The position numbers and the translations under genes are program-made. Below are positions 27,560-40,229 of a stretch of 64,000 nt of DNA, one piece after another (the first letter of the stretch is position 1; each line of letters opens with the position of its first letter). The DNA comes from Glaucostegus cemiculus (Eukaryota). The stretch spans positions 15,190,001 to 15,254,000 of the forward strand of contig CDPCPM010000014.1 in assembly GCA_976551045.1 (NCBI GenBank), read 5' to 3'. Under the pieces are notes generated by a model that had not been told where the DNA came from, ran no database searches, and worked only from the letters and a program-made list of their open reading frames with translations.

Positions 27560-27806
27560 TTGGCTATCTCAACCCTCAATCCTTGCACTCCCTTCCTATA
27601 AACACCCCAACTTCCACTTCGAAATTAGTCTCCACATGTTCAAAAGCATTTTCAAAACCTAATAATTCAACTATGCCTTGGTGACCACTTCCTAAATCTT
27701 TGCTATTACTGCTTAATGTCCACCTTCTGCCTTTGCCCGTAGGCTTTGCATTGTTCCTTTAGCTGTTTATTACTTTAAAATTCTATATGAATGTAAGTTG
27801 TTGTTA
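27560..27806 (+). mobile_element. L2-type LINE 3' tail remnant
   Basis: Ends CTATATGAATGTAAGTTGTTGTT. Confidence 0.45.
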
Positions 27807-30800
27807 AATTACAAATACTAGCACTTGTGAATGTACTTGGATTATGTTGAGCCCAACACTTAATTAGCCTCTTGTTGACTTTACATAATTCTGTACAAAA
27901 ATCTTCAACATCCAACCAAGCAAATTCCAGCACAATTAAAACAAAATATGTGATTATCTAAGGAAGTAGTGTTTGTTTTTGCTATTTTACCTATTCTGTT
28001 TCAGAGTATTGAACCTGTGTGTGAATCTGCTCTGAAATCTGACTCTGCTCCTGGGTGACCAGACCCACTTCTATTGCTGTGGAATGTAGGTTCATTTGCA
28101 CTTGGTACAAAATTGACAAACACATTTCTTCATCCTGGTGAATGCAATGTGAAGTGCTCTCAAATAGGTAAATTTATATCAACTTGAACACCCCTTCATT
28201 CAGTAATGATTGGCATAGATGTGACAGTGATTAATTTGCAACATAAAGTATGTGTTAAATGGATCCTGGATTGAAGTGTGTACAATACATAACTGTTTTT
28301 CTAAAGGTCAAGCAGAATTTGTTACTGTCAAGCCCATTCTTAAGCATTACTTGACAATAAAATGCATCTGCCATGCTTTACATCTGCACCCCAGAAGCTG
28401 TACAATTACTTACAAATGATTTAAAAGAAAATGTGACATGAATTACAATCCATTTCATTGTATAGACCAATATTTACTTTAAAAGATAGAAGTGGGATGT
28501 GAAGACATGAGTTAATTGATGGTTCCAGAATGGATCTCAATTCAAACTTATGTGTGACAGTGATGGAAGATTTAAAGAAAACTCCAACATTGTAAACCAA
28601 TGACTGAGTGATTAGAGTGTGAACTGCTAATGTACAATCAACCTAGCCATGTCTCCTACTTATACTTACATCTAACTATATCCAACTATATCTATATACA
28701 AATCTTACATATATTTGGTGACACCTTTACTACATCCACATTTCCCATTCAAATTTCTAACATCAAATTACATTATCAAAGGCTGTTGACCAAGCAATTA
28801 ATTCATTCAAATATTTCAGTCCTTCCTTTTATCTCAATAATGGAAATGTAAAACATTCTACACAAGTAGTTAACCCACAAAAATAAAAGTAGAAACATTG
28901 CATATGATTGCTGTAGGGATATTTCGATCCATTATGTTGTATTTTATGGCCTGGCCTCTGATCTCATCATAACAAGCACAAAAGGTTGCAGAATTTTAAA
29001 CACAATTTATGCTCAGTGCAACTCAAGCTTCTGTGATCTTTTGAGCTGTTAATAGAAATATACAGCTACAATAAGCCTCAGCCCAACATACTGGCCATTC
29101 CCCCAGGGGTGAGTTAATTGTCCTTTGGGGTTTTGCTCATTTTAGGCTTTCAATGAAGGTCTAAAAGCTGTGGGACCTTCTTGGTGCAGGTAAATAGTAG
29201 GCAGGTTTTCAATGGCTTTTTGTGTGTGTTTTTTTTGTTAAAGAACAGATTGGTGTGCACTAGTCTAATTAGAAATTAGTTTTATATTTTTATGAATTTA
29301 AAACTTAGTTATTCATAGTTAGTGGACTGTCACCATATCTTTGTGCCTTTTGTGATAAGCACTTTTTCAATTGTATTAAACTAACTTTACCAAGTTGCCA
29401 ATCTTAAATCTATCAAAGGATTATTTTTAAAGCTCAACTTTCCAGCTCATTCTTTGCAGATTTTGCACTTCATGACATGCAAATGAATCCAACAGGAAAC
29501 TCACAATTTCTAGCCAGTTTGAGCTCCCTTAGCTAATTTTGCTCTCAGTGAAAACTGTCCATTTTAAAATCTTCATTATAGCTTTTAATGTATGGCCTTA
29601 GCTGGATTGAAAGCCTGGGCTTTCTATGAATATTCTCCTTCATGACATACAAGTGTTCTCAGAACATGTGTTATTTGCAGAACATATCAGCATATACATT
29701 GCACTTTCTGAAAATATTTAGAGGATCAAGGAAGGTTGAAGAATGTCAGTATGACTCTTATAACATTCATGGACTTTACAACTTGTTTCCTTTTTTCCAA
29801 AATATTTGAAAGATACCACTGAACTGAATTTGCAAACATTTGAACTAAGGCAAGTGTCCTTAAACTATTGTTGTTTTACAGTTATGAACTCATAATATAT
29901 GTAAATGGCAAGTCGTTTGAACAGTAGGAATAGATGTTCTTTCTTTTTGACGATATGAAGAGAAGACAGATTATTTTGAGTGCTTTATTTGTCAACCATT
30001 TATTTTTGTTATATACATTCTTCTGAAGCATTATGAAGTTTAAAATACTTTTATATACAAACATACTGCATTTAATGCAGTAATTTATGTTCTGCTTATA
30101 AAAATGTGGGCTTATAAAACTGTATAAATTGGCAATTTATTAACATTGCCCTAAATTTTTGGTTTCCATAGTTCTGGCATATCCTGGAAATACATGTCAG
30201 AAAATGACATACGCACAGACCATGAAAGCAGTTTAAGAAGTAGAAAATTTATGGGCAATAGCCCTAAGGAAGGAAATTAAAGACAGAATTAAATGGCAAT
30301 TGTAAAAACGGTGATGAAAGTATCTGGGGGCATGGAAAGGTCTAGGATGTAGGAATGTAATGCGTCACAATATTCCTCTCAATCCTGCTGGAATCCCAGA
30401 CACATTTCCTTTCTTTGTTGTCAGATTGTGGCACAATTACATGTTTACTGCCCATCCCCATTTGCCCTGAAGAGATAACAGTGGACACTTCCCATAAACC
30501 TTTGCAGTTGTCATCTTGTCCGATCATTAAACCACTTCCAAGTGCTCCTATATCCTTGGCTCATCACAGTTCTGAGCTGTCGGAGTCCCTGGCAATACTA
30601 TTTAGTAAATCACCCATGTTTTTACAAAATTGCTAAAACACTAGAGGTAATTTTGCAGGAAATCTGCTGGTATTTAAACTTAATATGGCTGAAAAACAAT
30701 ATGTCAATGCTTATTACATATTTGCAGATGTTTGACTTCTTTAAAGCCTATTAAATGGCATGTTAACTTGAAATATAAGGAAATGCATATGAAAATATGT

Positions 30801-31019
30801 ACCACAGGAGATATTGGACTAAACGTATAGTACAGCACAGGTTCATCTCAACCAGATTGGTTCCATTAGTCCTACCCTCCAACTGATCTGATTGGTTCTT
30901 GCTATTTGTTATTCAAATTGACCAGTTGGTTGACAGTGACAACTTCCAGTGTCAATGAGATGCATAAGTTTGACTTGTAGGACCCTGGTAACCTGATGGG
31001 TGGGATTAAGTGTTCATTG

Positions 31020-32010
31020 CTTAAGAAGAAGAAGGTCATGGTATCTGGGTACTGAGGACAACTTGCTTCCTCTCCAGTTTTGTGGGTTTCTGAGGCTAAA
31101 ATGCGAACTGCAGACTCTTTCGGAAGTGGGGCTGAAAGTGGCTGACTGGGCAGGTGGGTGAGCAGTTTGTGAGGTGGTGCTTATGCACAGTTTCTGTGTG
31201 CACCCAATGAAAGCAACGCTCTCGGTACCGTCCCAAATGCTCCTTCTCCACTTTGAGCAGTCATGGACCACAAGGTTCCTAGGAGTAAATAGGAATGCTG
31301 CACTTCTTCAAGGAAAGTTCGAACACATCCTTGAATCTTGTTCTCTATCTGTCTGGTAATCTCCTTTAAAAGCAGAGCTGGGACCAAGGTGTGTTTTGGG
31401 AGCTAGTATCAGGCACGTATTGGTATTGGTATTGGTTTATTATTGTCACTTGTACCAAGGTACAGTGAAAAGCTTGTCTTGCAAACCGATCGTACAGGTC
31501 AATTGATTACACAGTGCAGGTACATTGAGTCAGTACAGAGTGCATTGATGTAGTACAGATAAAAACAATAACAGTACAGAGTAAGGTGTCACAGCTACAG
31601 AGAAAGTGCAGCGCAATAAGGTGTGAGGTCACAACAAGGTAGATCGTGAGGACATAGTCCATCTCATTGTATAAGGGAACTGTTCAATAGTCTTTTCACA
31701 GTGGGGTAGAATGGCATAACCAACTTGAGTCTCAGTGCCGGGGAGGTTTACGTGGGGAGGAAATTCATGTTGGTTCGCTCATCATTCAGTGAAGTTGGAG
31801 GATTTTGTAGAGATAGCATCAGTAGTATTTTTCCAATGCCTTGAGATTTAGTCCAGGTAGTCCAGGTCTCAGAAGCATATTGGAGAGCAGGTATCATTGC
31901 TGCCCAGGAGACCGTGAATTTTGTGCCAGGTCTGTGATCTTGATCTTTTCTTAACTGCTGGCACATCAAAGGCAGTGGTGAATTTCATCATCACTGTCCG
32001 CCTGCTTTGA
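31020..32010 (-). mobile_element. Degenerate RTE LINE 3' fragment interrupted by a Rex1 tail
   Basis: ORFs 31014-31271 (WRRSIWDG..CPTSERVCSSH-like) and 31748-31969 (IPALQYASETWT). Confidence 0.7.
31418..31712 (-). mobile_element. Rex1/Babar 3' end with (CCAATA)n tail
   Basis: - strand TTTTCACTGTACCTTGGTACAAGTGACAATAATAAACCAATACCAATACC. Confidence 0.65.
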
Positions 32011-32059
32011 GATATGGCTCCTGTGATCTTGGGATGGAATGTTTCAATTTTGAGATTGA

Positions 32060-32535
32060 ATAGAGTCATAGTGCCGTAGAGTCATACAGCACAGAAACAG
32101 GCCCTTCAGCCCAACTGGATCACCAACCAAGATCCCCATCTAAGCTCGTCCCATTTGCCTGTGCTTGGCTGACATCCCTATTCGTGGACCTATCCAAGTA
32201 CCTTTTAAATGTTGTTAATGTACCTGCCTCAGCCATGTCCTCTGGCAGCTCATTCGATATACTGGGTGAAAAAGTTGCCCCTCAGATTCCTATTAAATCT
32301 CTCCCCTCTCACCTTAAACCTAGGCCCTCTAGTTCTTGATTCGCCAACCCTGGGAAAAAGGCTGTGCACATTCAGCTTATTTATGCCTCTCATAATTTAT
32401 TACACCTCTATAAGATCACCCCTCATTCTCCTGTGCTCCAATGAAGTCCCAACCTGTTCAGCCTCTCTCCATAACTCAGTCCCCTGAGTCCCAGCAACAT
32501 CCTTTAGAATCTCCTCTGCTCTCTTTCAGCCTTAT
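32060..32535 (-). mobile_element. CR1 3' fragment
   Basis: Tail CAGCACAGAAACAGGCCCTTCAGCCC; RRF.RML.GL/RGDLIEV region. Confidence 0.8.
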
Positions 32536-32544
32536 GTTGTGAGG

Positions 32545-32905
32545 AATGTTTCAGTTATGAGGCGAGACTGGATAGGCTGGGTTTGTTTTCCTTGGAGCAG
32601 AGGAGGGTGAGGGGAGTCTTGATTGAGGTATCCAAAATTATGACAGGTATAGATAGGGTAGATGGGAGAAACTTTTCTCCGTAGCAGAAGTGTCTAAGAC
32701 CAGAGGGCGTTGGTGTAAGGTGAAGGGTAGGGGGTTTAGCAGGGGTCTGAAGAAGAATTTTTTCACCCAGAGGGCGGTTACAATTTGAAATGCACTGCCT
32801 GAGTAGGTGGTGGAAGCAGGTATTGTCACAACGTTTATCAAGTATGTGGACAAGCATTTGAATCACCAAGGCATAGTCGGCTAAGGACCAGGTGCTAGTA
32901 AATGA
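32545..32905 (+). mobile_element. CR1 3' fragment, head-to-head with previous copy
   Basis: SYEARLDRLGLFSLEQRR..FFTQR region. Confidence 0.8.
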
Positions 32906-33017
32906 GATTAATGAAGACAGGTCAAATAAAATAAAACTGCAGTTCTGGAAATATAAAACAAAAACAGAAAATGCTGGAAGCACTCAACAAGTCAGGTTGA
33001 TTCTGCGGGGAGAAAAA

Positions 33018-33056
33018 CAGTCAACGTTTCAGGTCTGCAACCCTTCATCAGAACTG
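33018..33056 (-). ncRNA. Minimal type I hammerhead ribozyme (Penelope-type)
   Basis: - strand CAGUU-CUGAUGA-A-GGGUU-GCA-GACCU-GAAAC-GUU-GACUG: intact core, stem I CAGUU/GACUG, stem II GGGUU/GACCU, palindromic stem III AACGUU. Confidence 0.7.
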
Positions 33057-33064
33057 ACAACCTA

Positions 33065-33420
33065 CCAAAGGCCTGGGCAGAGTAGACTTGGAGTGGATGT
33101 TTCCATCAGTAGGAGAGTCTCAGATCCGAGGGCACAGCCTCAGAATAAAGAGATGTCCCTTTAGAACTGAGAGGAGGAAGAATTTCTTCAGCCACAGGGT
33201 GGTGAATCTGTGGACTTCGTTGCCACAGAGGACTGTGGAAGCCAAGTCATTGGGTGTACTTAAGACAGAGATTGATAGGTTCTTCATTGGTTAGGGAGTT
33301 AAGGGGAGAAGGCAGGAGAATGGGGTTGGAAAAAAAATCAACTATGATTGAATGGTGGAGCAGACTCGATGGACTGAATGGCCTGATTCTGCTCCTATAT
33401 CTTATTGTCTTATGGTCTTC
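33065..33420 (+). mobile_element. CR1 3' fragment with tail hairpin
   Basis: ORF 33088-33294 MFPSVGES..NFFSHRVVNLW; tail GGAGCAGA..TCTGCTCC + (TCTTATGG)-like repeats. Confidence 0.85.
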
Positions 33421-34111
33421 TGGCAGAACAAAAATGATGACACTTTCTCTCCCCACAGATGCAGCTTGACTTACTGAGTATTTCCAGCATTTCATGTTTA
33501 TGTTTCATATTTCCAGCAAATGTAGTTTTTTTTTTATTTTCATGTAGTGTAGAGATATACTTGATTGATGGCATGAATATGGTGGGCCGAAGGGCCTGTT
33601 TCTGTGCTGTATAACTGTATGACTTTATATGGAAAGTCATTCATGTCTCACCATGAACCTTTACTGTGAGCGAGGAGTGTGCTGCAGTGGAGGCAGGTTA
33701 GTAAAGAACCTTGATGTTAAGTATAAGGTCTCTCTCTCATCTGCATTGGTGAATAAGTTGGCAATGAAGATCATCCTCCAAGCGTTGGCAAACCCAGTAT
33801 TGTTTGCATGCTGCGTCTCAAGGTTCAGGTGACTGTTCACCATAGGCTGGACAGTTTCCCATTATTTCTGAAGATTAGTTCCACTCCCACAGGAAGTTTG
33901 CTGGAAGTGAATTGCAGCAGTGCATTGAGAAGCATTGAGACAATCATTGTTGAAGTAGTTATGCACCCTTGTTTGAAATGATCTTCACTGAGAATACTTC
34001 TGTTGTAAACCCATCACTCAATATCATGGCTTGCTTGCTGCCATGGAGCAAACATATGACGGAGACAAATTTTCATGGGCAGCTGAATTTGAGGAGGGTA
34101 TTCGAGAGTCT

Positions 34112-34405
34112 AGATAAGATAAGATCTTTATTAGTCACATGTACATCGAAACACACAGTGAAATACATCTTTTGCATAGTGATTTTGGGAGCAGCCTGCA
34201 AGTGTCGCCACGCTTCCGGCACCAACATAGCACGCCCATAACTTCCTAACCTGTACGTCTTTGGAACATGGGAGGAAACCAGAGCACCCAGAGGAAACCC
34301 ACAGAGACACGGGGAGAACATACAAACTCCTTACAGGCAGTGGCCGGATTTCAACCCGGGTTACTGGCGCTGTAAAGCATTGTGCTAACCTCTATGCTAC
34401 CGTGC
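34112..34405 (-). mobile_element. V-SINE with non-CR1 (Rex1-like) tail
   Basis: tRNA head and V-domain like 978-1220, but tail is TTTCACTGTGTGTTTCGATGTACATGTGACTAATAAAGATCTTATCTTATC. Confidence 0.8.
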
Positions 34406-35848
34406 GGTCCAACTGATAAAATCAAAGGCTTTAATGAGGTCAGGGAAGGAATGTGTAGTGGATGGGTCTGCTCCTTGCATTTTTCTTGGAGTTGTCATGA
34501 GTTGAAGATCAGGTCAACTATGCTTCTAGGTAGACAAAATCAGCAGTGTGATTCAGGGAGCTGCTTTTCAGCCACAGTTGTGAGGATTTTAATGATGGTT
34601 TTCCCTGAGGCAGGTAACATGGTAAGATGGAGTTGATGAGGTCTCTGAAGTGGGAATTGACAGTCCTTAATGAGTTCACCCTGTTCTTGGCTCTGAGTGG
34701 AGTGGGGCTTTGAGTGTTTTGACCAGAGAAAACTTTTATAGCACTTAAGAACGCACACAGCAAATTGACTTCAAGGGTCTAATGGTCAGCATGAATGTGT
34801 GGCATCATATTTTCAACCAGCATATGGCGATTAATGGATCATTATACTTTGTTAAATTATGATGTATGTGTGGACCATTACAAAGAGTATTTTCATATTG
34901 GCCCATACATTCACCATAATTCAACAAAAGGATATTACCACTGAGGTATCAATGACTGCACCAAGCTCAGTGCAATGATAACTGTACAACAGCTTTGAAT
35001 TTTATATGGAAACAGGAGGAAAATGAAATACAATTCAACAAATGAGTAACTATACCACAGATTCATATCATTAGTTTGATCCAACTATTTTATCAGAACT
35101 TTGAATGTCTGTAATAAGAAAAGCTATCTCAAATAAATTTGTAGTGATAAATTCCAGTAAGAAATAAATGATCTCTTAAATCGTTTCTGAAGGACTTTTA
35201 ACTGCATCCCTGAGCTACCCTATACCACTACCACCAGCACCCATTATTTCATCAATTGCTGTGTCAATTCTATGCTCCTGAAGTTGACAACTAGGTTCAA
35301 GAATTTCTCCACTACCAAGTCTTAGCAGCATCCAAGCAAAAATGAATTTTCTGACAAAATAGAGCCCCTCAATACCTTTTGTTTCCCTTAAAATAGAGCA
35401 CTGACAACTTTAGGTCCTCTAGTTAATAGCTTAGCTGAGATCCAGTGAAAGCCATTCACAGAGGGCAGCAAAGTATGAATGGCAATTGAGCTCATTGAAA
35501 CATTAACATTATCTGAGACCTGTTGTACAAAATACTATTATTCCACTAATACCACAGTGGATTATTTTCCTTCTGGATTGGTATGTTCAACAAAAACCAA
35601 AACAAAATGAAACAGAACAGACCTATATAAAAAGATCACCCTTGATATCTGAAGAATTACAAACTGGACCAATATTCCACATACTCCTCAGTGATTGCTG
35701 TATGCACTTGCTTCAAAATTCAATATTATAGCAAGTAGAAAAATTAGTTCACTCCTCAGACTTCTAGCCTCCTGCTCTTGATTTGAACAACATTAGGTCA
35801 CTGAAGGAAAAAGGCCAATTAAACATACAATGTGCTTAAGGCATTGCT

Positions 35849-36772
35849 TAGAAACATAGAAAACCTACAGCACAATTCAGGCCCTTCAGCCCACAAAGCT
35901 GTGCTGAACATGTCCCTACCTTAGAGAATCATAGACTTCTATTTTTCTCAGCTTCATGTACCTATCCAAAAGTCTCTTAAAAGACCCTAACGTATTCGCC
36001 TCCACCACCGTTGCCGGTAGCCCATTCTACGCACTCACCAATCTCTGAGTAAAAAACTTACCCCTGACATCTCCCCTATACCTACTTCCCAGCACTTTAA
36101 ATCTGTGTCCTCTTGTGGCCACCATTTCAGCCCTGGGAAAAAGTCTCTGACTATCTACCCGATCAATGCCTCTCATCATCTTATACACCTCTATCAGGTC
36201 CCCCCTCATTCTCCGTCACTCCAAGGAGAAAAGGCTGAGTTCCCGCAACCTGCTTTCATAAGGCATGCTCCTCAATCCAGGCAGCATCCTTGTAAATCTC
36301 CTCTGTACCCTTTCTATGGCTTCCACATCCTCCCTGTAGTGAGGTGACCAGAACTGAGCACAGTATTCCAAGTGGGGTCTGACCAGGGTCGTATATAGCT
36401 ACAGCATTACTTCTCGGCTCCTAAATTCAATTCCACGGTTGATGAAGGACAATACACCATATGCCTTCTTAACCACAGAGTCAACCTGTGCAACTTCTTT
36501 GAGTGTCCCATGGACTCGGACCCCAAGATCCCTCTGATCCTCCACACTGCCTAGAGTCCTACCATTAATACTATACTCTGCCATCATATTTGACTTACCA
36601 AAATGAACCACTTCACACTTATCTGGGTTGAACTCCCATCTGCTGCTTCTCAGCCCAGCTTTGCATCCTATCTATGTCCCGCTGTAACCTCTGACAGCCC
36701 TCCACACTATCAACATACCTCCAACCTTTGTGTCATCTGCAAACTTACTTACCCTTCCCTCCACTTCCTTAT
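35849..36772 (-). mobile_element. 5'-truncated CR1/HER1 LINE
   Basis: ORFs 36027-36209, 36399-36611, 36672-36881 (VSKFADDTKVGG, RGDLIEVYK); (TTTCTATG)-like tail. Confidence 0.9.
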
Positions 36773-36774
36773 AA

Positions 36775-36874
36775 CAGATTGGTTCAGAAGCCACTTGAGA
36801 GCCCATAAATAGATCAACGGAATGAAGACCATCATCCTTGACTTCGAGGGATAGCCATGACAACAACGACGACA
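36775..36874 (+). mobile_element. RTE LINE extreme 3' end with (GAC/AAC)n tail
   Basis: SHLRAHK* + TAGATCAACGGAATGAAGACCATC..GAGGGATAGCCATGAC, close match to 54452-54545. Confidence 0.8.
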
Positions 36875-37014
36875 AATTCATTACTGTTTATTTGACATGG
36901 AAAGTCAAGACAGGATGGAGAATTAAGCATAAGGTGCAATCCTCTACATCATGTTTTGAGGAATTAATGGTATTGGAGAACCATACCAAAACATCATTTT
37001 GATGATAAACAAAT

Positions 37015-37190
37015 AATTTGCTGGAAATCTGAAATAAAACAGAAATTTCTGAAAGCATGCAGCAATTTAGACAGGGGAATAAAGAAGATCATTCTTTCCC
37101 ATTTCTTTTGAAGGACTCTGAAATGTTAGCTCTTTCTCTTTCCACAGTGGCTCCTTAACCTGCTGCTTTTCCAGCATTTTCTGCTTTTGT
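37015..37190. mobile_element. Degenerate palindromic PLE mini-element
   Basis: GCTGGAAATCTGAAATAAAACAGAAA ... CCTGCTGCTTTTCCAGCATTTTCTG. Confidence 0.55.
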
Positions 37191-37284
37191 ATCATGCTAA
37201 CGATACTTCCAATACTAACTAACGGCCAGAAAAATAATTCTAATGTCACTGAGAATGCCAAAATCGATGCTTCTGAATGGTTCA

Positions 37285-37445
37285 TGAACCCATGAACACT
37301 ACCTCATTATTCCTCTTTTGCACCAGTTATTTATTTTTCTAACTTATAGTAATTTTTGTCTTTTTGTCTCGCACTGTACTATTGCCACAAAACAACAAAC
37401 TTTACGACATATGTCAGTGATAATAAATCTGATTCTGACTCTGAT
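37285..37445 (+). mobile_element. Rex1/Babar 3' UTR with (GATTCT)n tail
   Basis: ACGACATATGTCAGTGATAATAAATCTGATTCTGACTCTGATT. Confidence 0.6.
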
Positions 37446-37559
37446 TTTGGGCTTGAAATGTTACTTTGCCTGAAACTCCATCAGAAAAAATGCTTTTGCC
37501 TTCAACAATTGACACTTTTCAAATCTGATCGTCACAAATTGAGTAATATGCTGGGGTGA

Positions 37560-37725
37560 ACCAAAACCAAAATACTGCAGTTGGTAAAATCTGAAATAAA
37601 AAGAGATAATGCTGGAAATGCTCAGCAAGTCAGACAGCATCTGCAGAGAGAAAAGTCGAGTTAATGCTCTAGACTGATGACCTTTCATTAGAATGGTGTA
37701 TTTCCAGCATTTTCTTTTTCTATTT
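37560..37725. mobile_element. Palindromic PLE mini-element
   Basis: ATGCTGGAAATGCTCAGCAAGTCAGACAGCATCTGCAGAGAG ... TATTTCCAGCATTTTC. Confidence 0.65.
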
Positions 37726-39364
37726 TTGAGAGGAATAAAAGGTTAGTATTCATGAATCTAGTAACACTCAATGCAAGTATCTTGTTTATTCACCAGATTT
37801 TGTTTACCTCTCTATAACTATTTGCTGTTTAGTGAAAATTATGGTGATGTCAAAAAAAATCAACAACATACATTAAACCTAGCAAATAGAAGTCAGTCTT
37901 TGCCCAATCATGGCCCAATGGCATTAAACACAGAAGTATTGTGTATCTTAGTAAAGGCTACTTTGTTCAATAACTAGGCAATAAAACCTCAAATATTGTG
38001 CTAGCCTGAGCCTCTGGCTTATTACACACTATTTTGGCATGACATGAAACTACATTAAAATGGATCCTATTGTTCCAAAGGTATACACAGAGCACACACC
38101 TTAAAGTTTATCCTTCCTCCATTACCATTAGATTACGCTCTGTTATAATCTTTTAGCAAAATATTAACAGTCTTTTTCAGTTGCCATTAGCATTTGTCTG
38201 CTTCTAGTGCAGAACAATAAGGTTTTAAACAAAAAATTATGCTTATAGTGGGTTGTATATTGCCTCTTACCCAATCCAAAGCAATTTTTTAACCTTACCC
38301 AAAATACACTATCCACATGTATCCCCTTGTAAAAAAAACATGCAAAATTATGAATTAAGCTATCTGGAGAAACAGTGACCTTGACTTAAAGTAAAGAGAA
38401 CCATAAATAATAGCTCCTGTCCATTTAACCTCAATTGCATGAATTGTTTGGGTTTCAACAGAATCTGTTTTGATGAAACATGGACAATGACAAAAGTTTA
38501 TTGACTAAATAGAAAGCTAATGGTCTGACTTTTCCACCAAGATGAACAGTGTTTCGGAAAGCCAAGGTTAATTTGCAAAAAATATTCTCATACTATTATT
38601 TCACCTTATGATAAGGATTCTTACAAAAAAATTACTTCCACTGGCCATTATGGTGTAGTGAACATTTAAGCCCAAATTCACAAAATAAATGCTTTGATTA
38701 AGAAGCGACATACCAATTATAGAAACACCAATATAATGTTTATTAAGACAATTGATGTGATGACTACTTTAGGATATGGTTAATGCAGAATTTAATAAAA
38801 CTTGTGTAGTAAAAGCCTGACAGAAAGTTTGGAAGGCTGGATGCAACACTGAGCAGCATAAGATGCTTCTATGATTATATACCAGCTGGACATTGAGGTA
38901 GTGGAATCCCTTCTGTTTATGATGCACCAAGGAGTTTACTTGTGTACATCTGGAAACCCACAATCTTTTGGGCTTGCCTCATCTTCTGCTCTCTTTTTAG
39001 GTATTCAGCTCTCTGGGTGTAGTGAGAATCTGTCACCTCCCGTGGAGTGGATGACAAACTGGGTTCGACTGAAGCTATCTCCAGCTGACTGAAAGGAGCC
39101 CAATATGTTGGTCCCAAATGTTACTTTAACATTTTATGGCAAAGAGACTTTTACACAGGTTTGGAGTTTAAGCAATGGCTGAAGCTTGAAGCAGTTTCAG
39201 TGAGGATATCCTTCATGAAATGCTGGTATCTCTTGCATTTCAAGAGCATTTACCTGACAGTTTTAAAGTGATTATGTAGGATATATTCTAGAACAAGAGA
39301 AATCATGTTAAAAATTCTATTATCAACAAGACTATCTGATCTTAGAGCTGTGCATTCCCCATTA

Positions 39365-39590
39365 CCATAGGTTTCGATGAGATCTCTCATCATCCTTCTA
39401 CACTCCATTGGGTACAGGCCCAAGACCATCAAACTCTCCTCATACATTAAGCCTTTCATTCCTGGCATCATTCTTGTGAACCTCCTCTGGACCGTCTCCA
39501 GGTCCAGCTCATCTTTCCTTAGATACAGGGCCCAAAGTTGCATACGATAATTCCACTGCCTGATAAAGCCTCAGCACTACATCCTTGGTA
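39365..39590 (-). mobile_element. CR1 internal fragment
   Basis: ORF 39250-39543 QLWALYLRKD..LETVQRRFTRMMPGMKGL. Confidence 0.8.
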
Positions 39591-40229
39591 AGAGTTGGTT
39601 CCCTTGGTAAGAATTCTCATTGGTAGGAATTTACTTTAACTATTTCATTCTGATGATTCAATATTATCCTCCTTGGTGTAAATATCACTTTCCTATTAAT
39701 TCTAACAAGACTGAGTTAGTGGGCAGAATTATACAATGGTGAAAAAGACTCAAATATTTACACTGTGTTAACAATGTACTGAGCTAAAATCATGATACAA
39801 CATTTGGCATCAGTTTCATACAAGAAACTGTGTCCTACATCACAAGCTGATTCTACAGGATCTGGCCTGTGGGACAAGGTGTACTGTGATCATCCACTTT
39901 ACTGGAATTCCAGGCAGCTTACTGAGTATAAAATAGCACCCTAGAGAGCACCAAGTGTGTTCACCTGTTTTTCTCTCTGTTGGCCAGATGTTCCAGTAAA
40001 TAGATATCTGTCATATGAAAGCATTACCCAGAAAAGACTTGTGCAGCATCTGCACTATAATTGGCTGAGGGCAAGAATGTATTAAATCAGTTACTTGCAA
40101 AAAATGGAAGCTGTCAATAGTTTATCAAGCAAGAATATACAGGCTTGAGTACTACATGGCTATTGGAGCAGCACAACATTGTGCTCAAAACAATTTTCTT
40201 TCATGATTCTAAGATTTCATATTTCATTA

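Larger units (their letters stand above)
32930..33535. mobile_element. Palindromic PLE mini-element split by a CR1 insertion
   Basis: Left arm AAATGCTGGAAGCACTCAACAAGTCAGG (32930-33060), right arm CTTGACTTACTGAGTATTTCCAGCATTT (33425-33535). Confidence 0.7.

Noticed and set aside
30064-30081. Palindrome ACTGCATT-T-AATGCAGT
   Set aside because: 8-bp arms are near chance expectation in 64 kb of AT-rich DNA.
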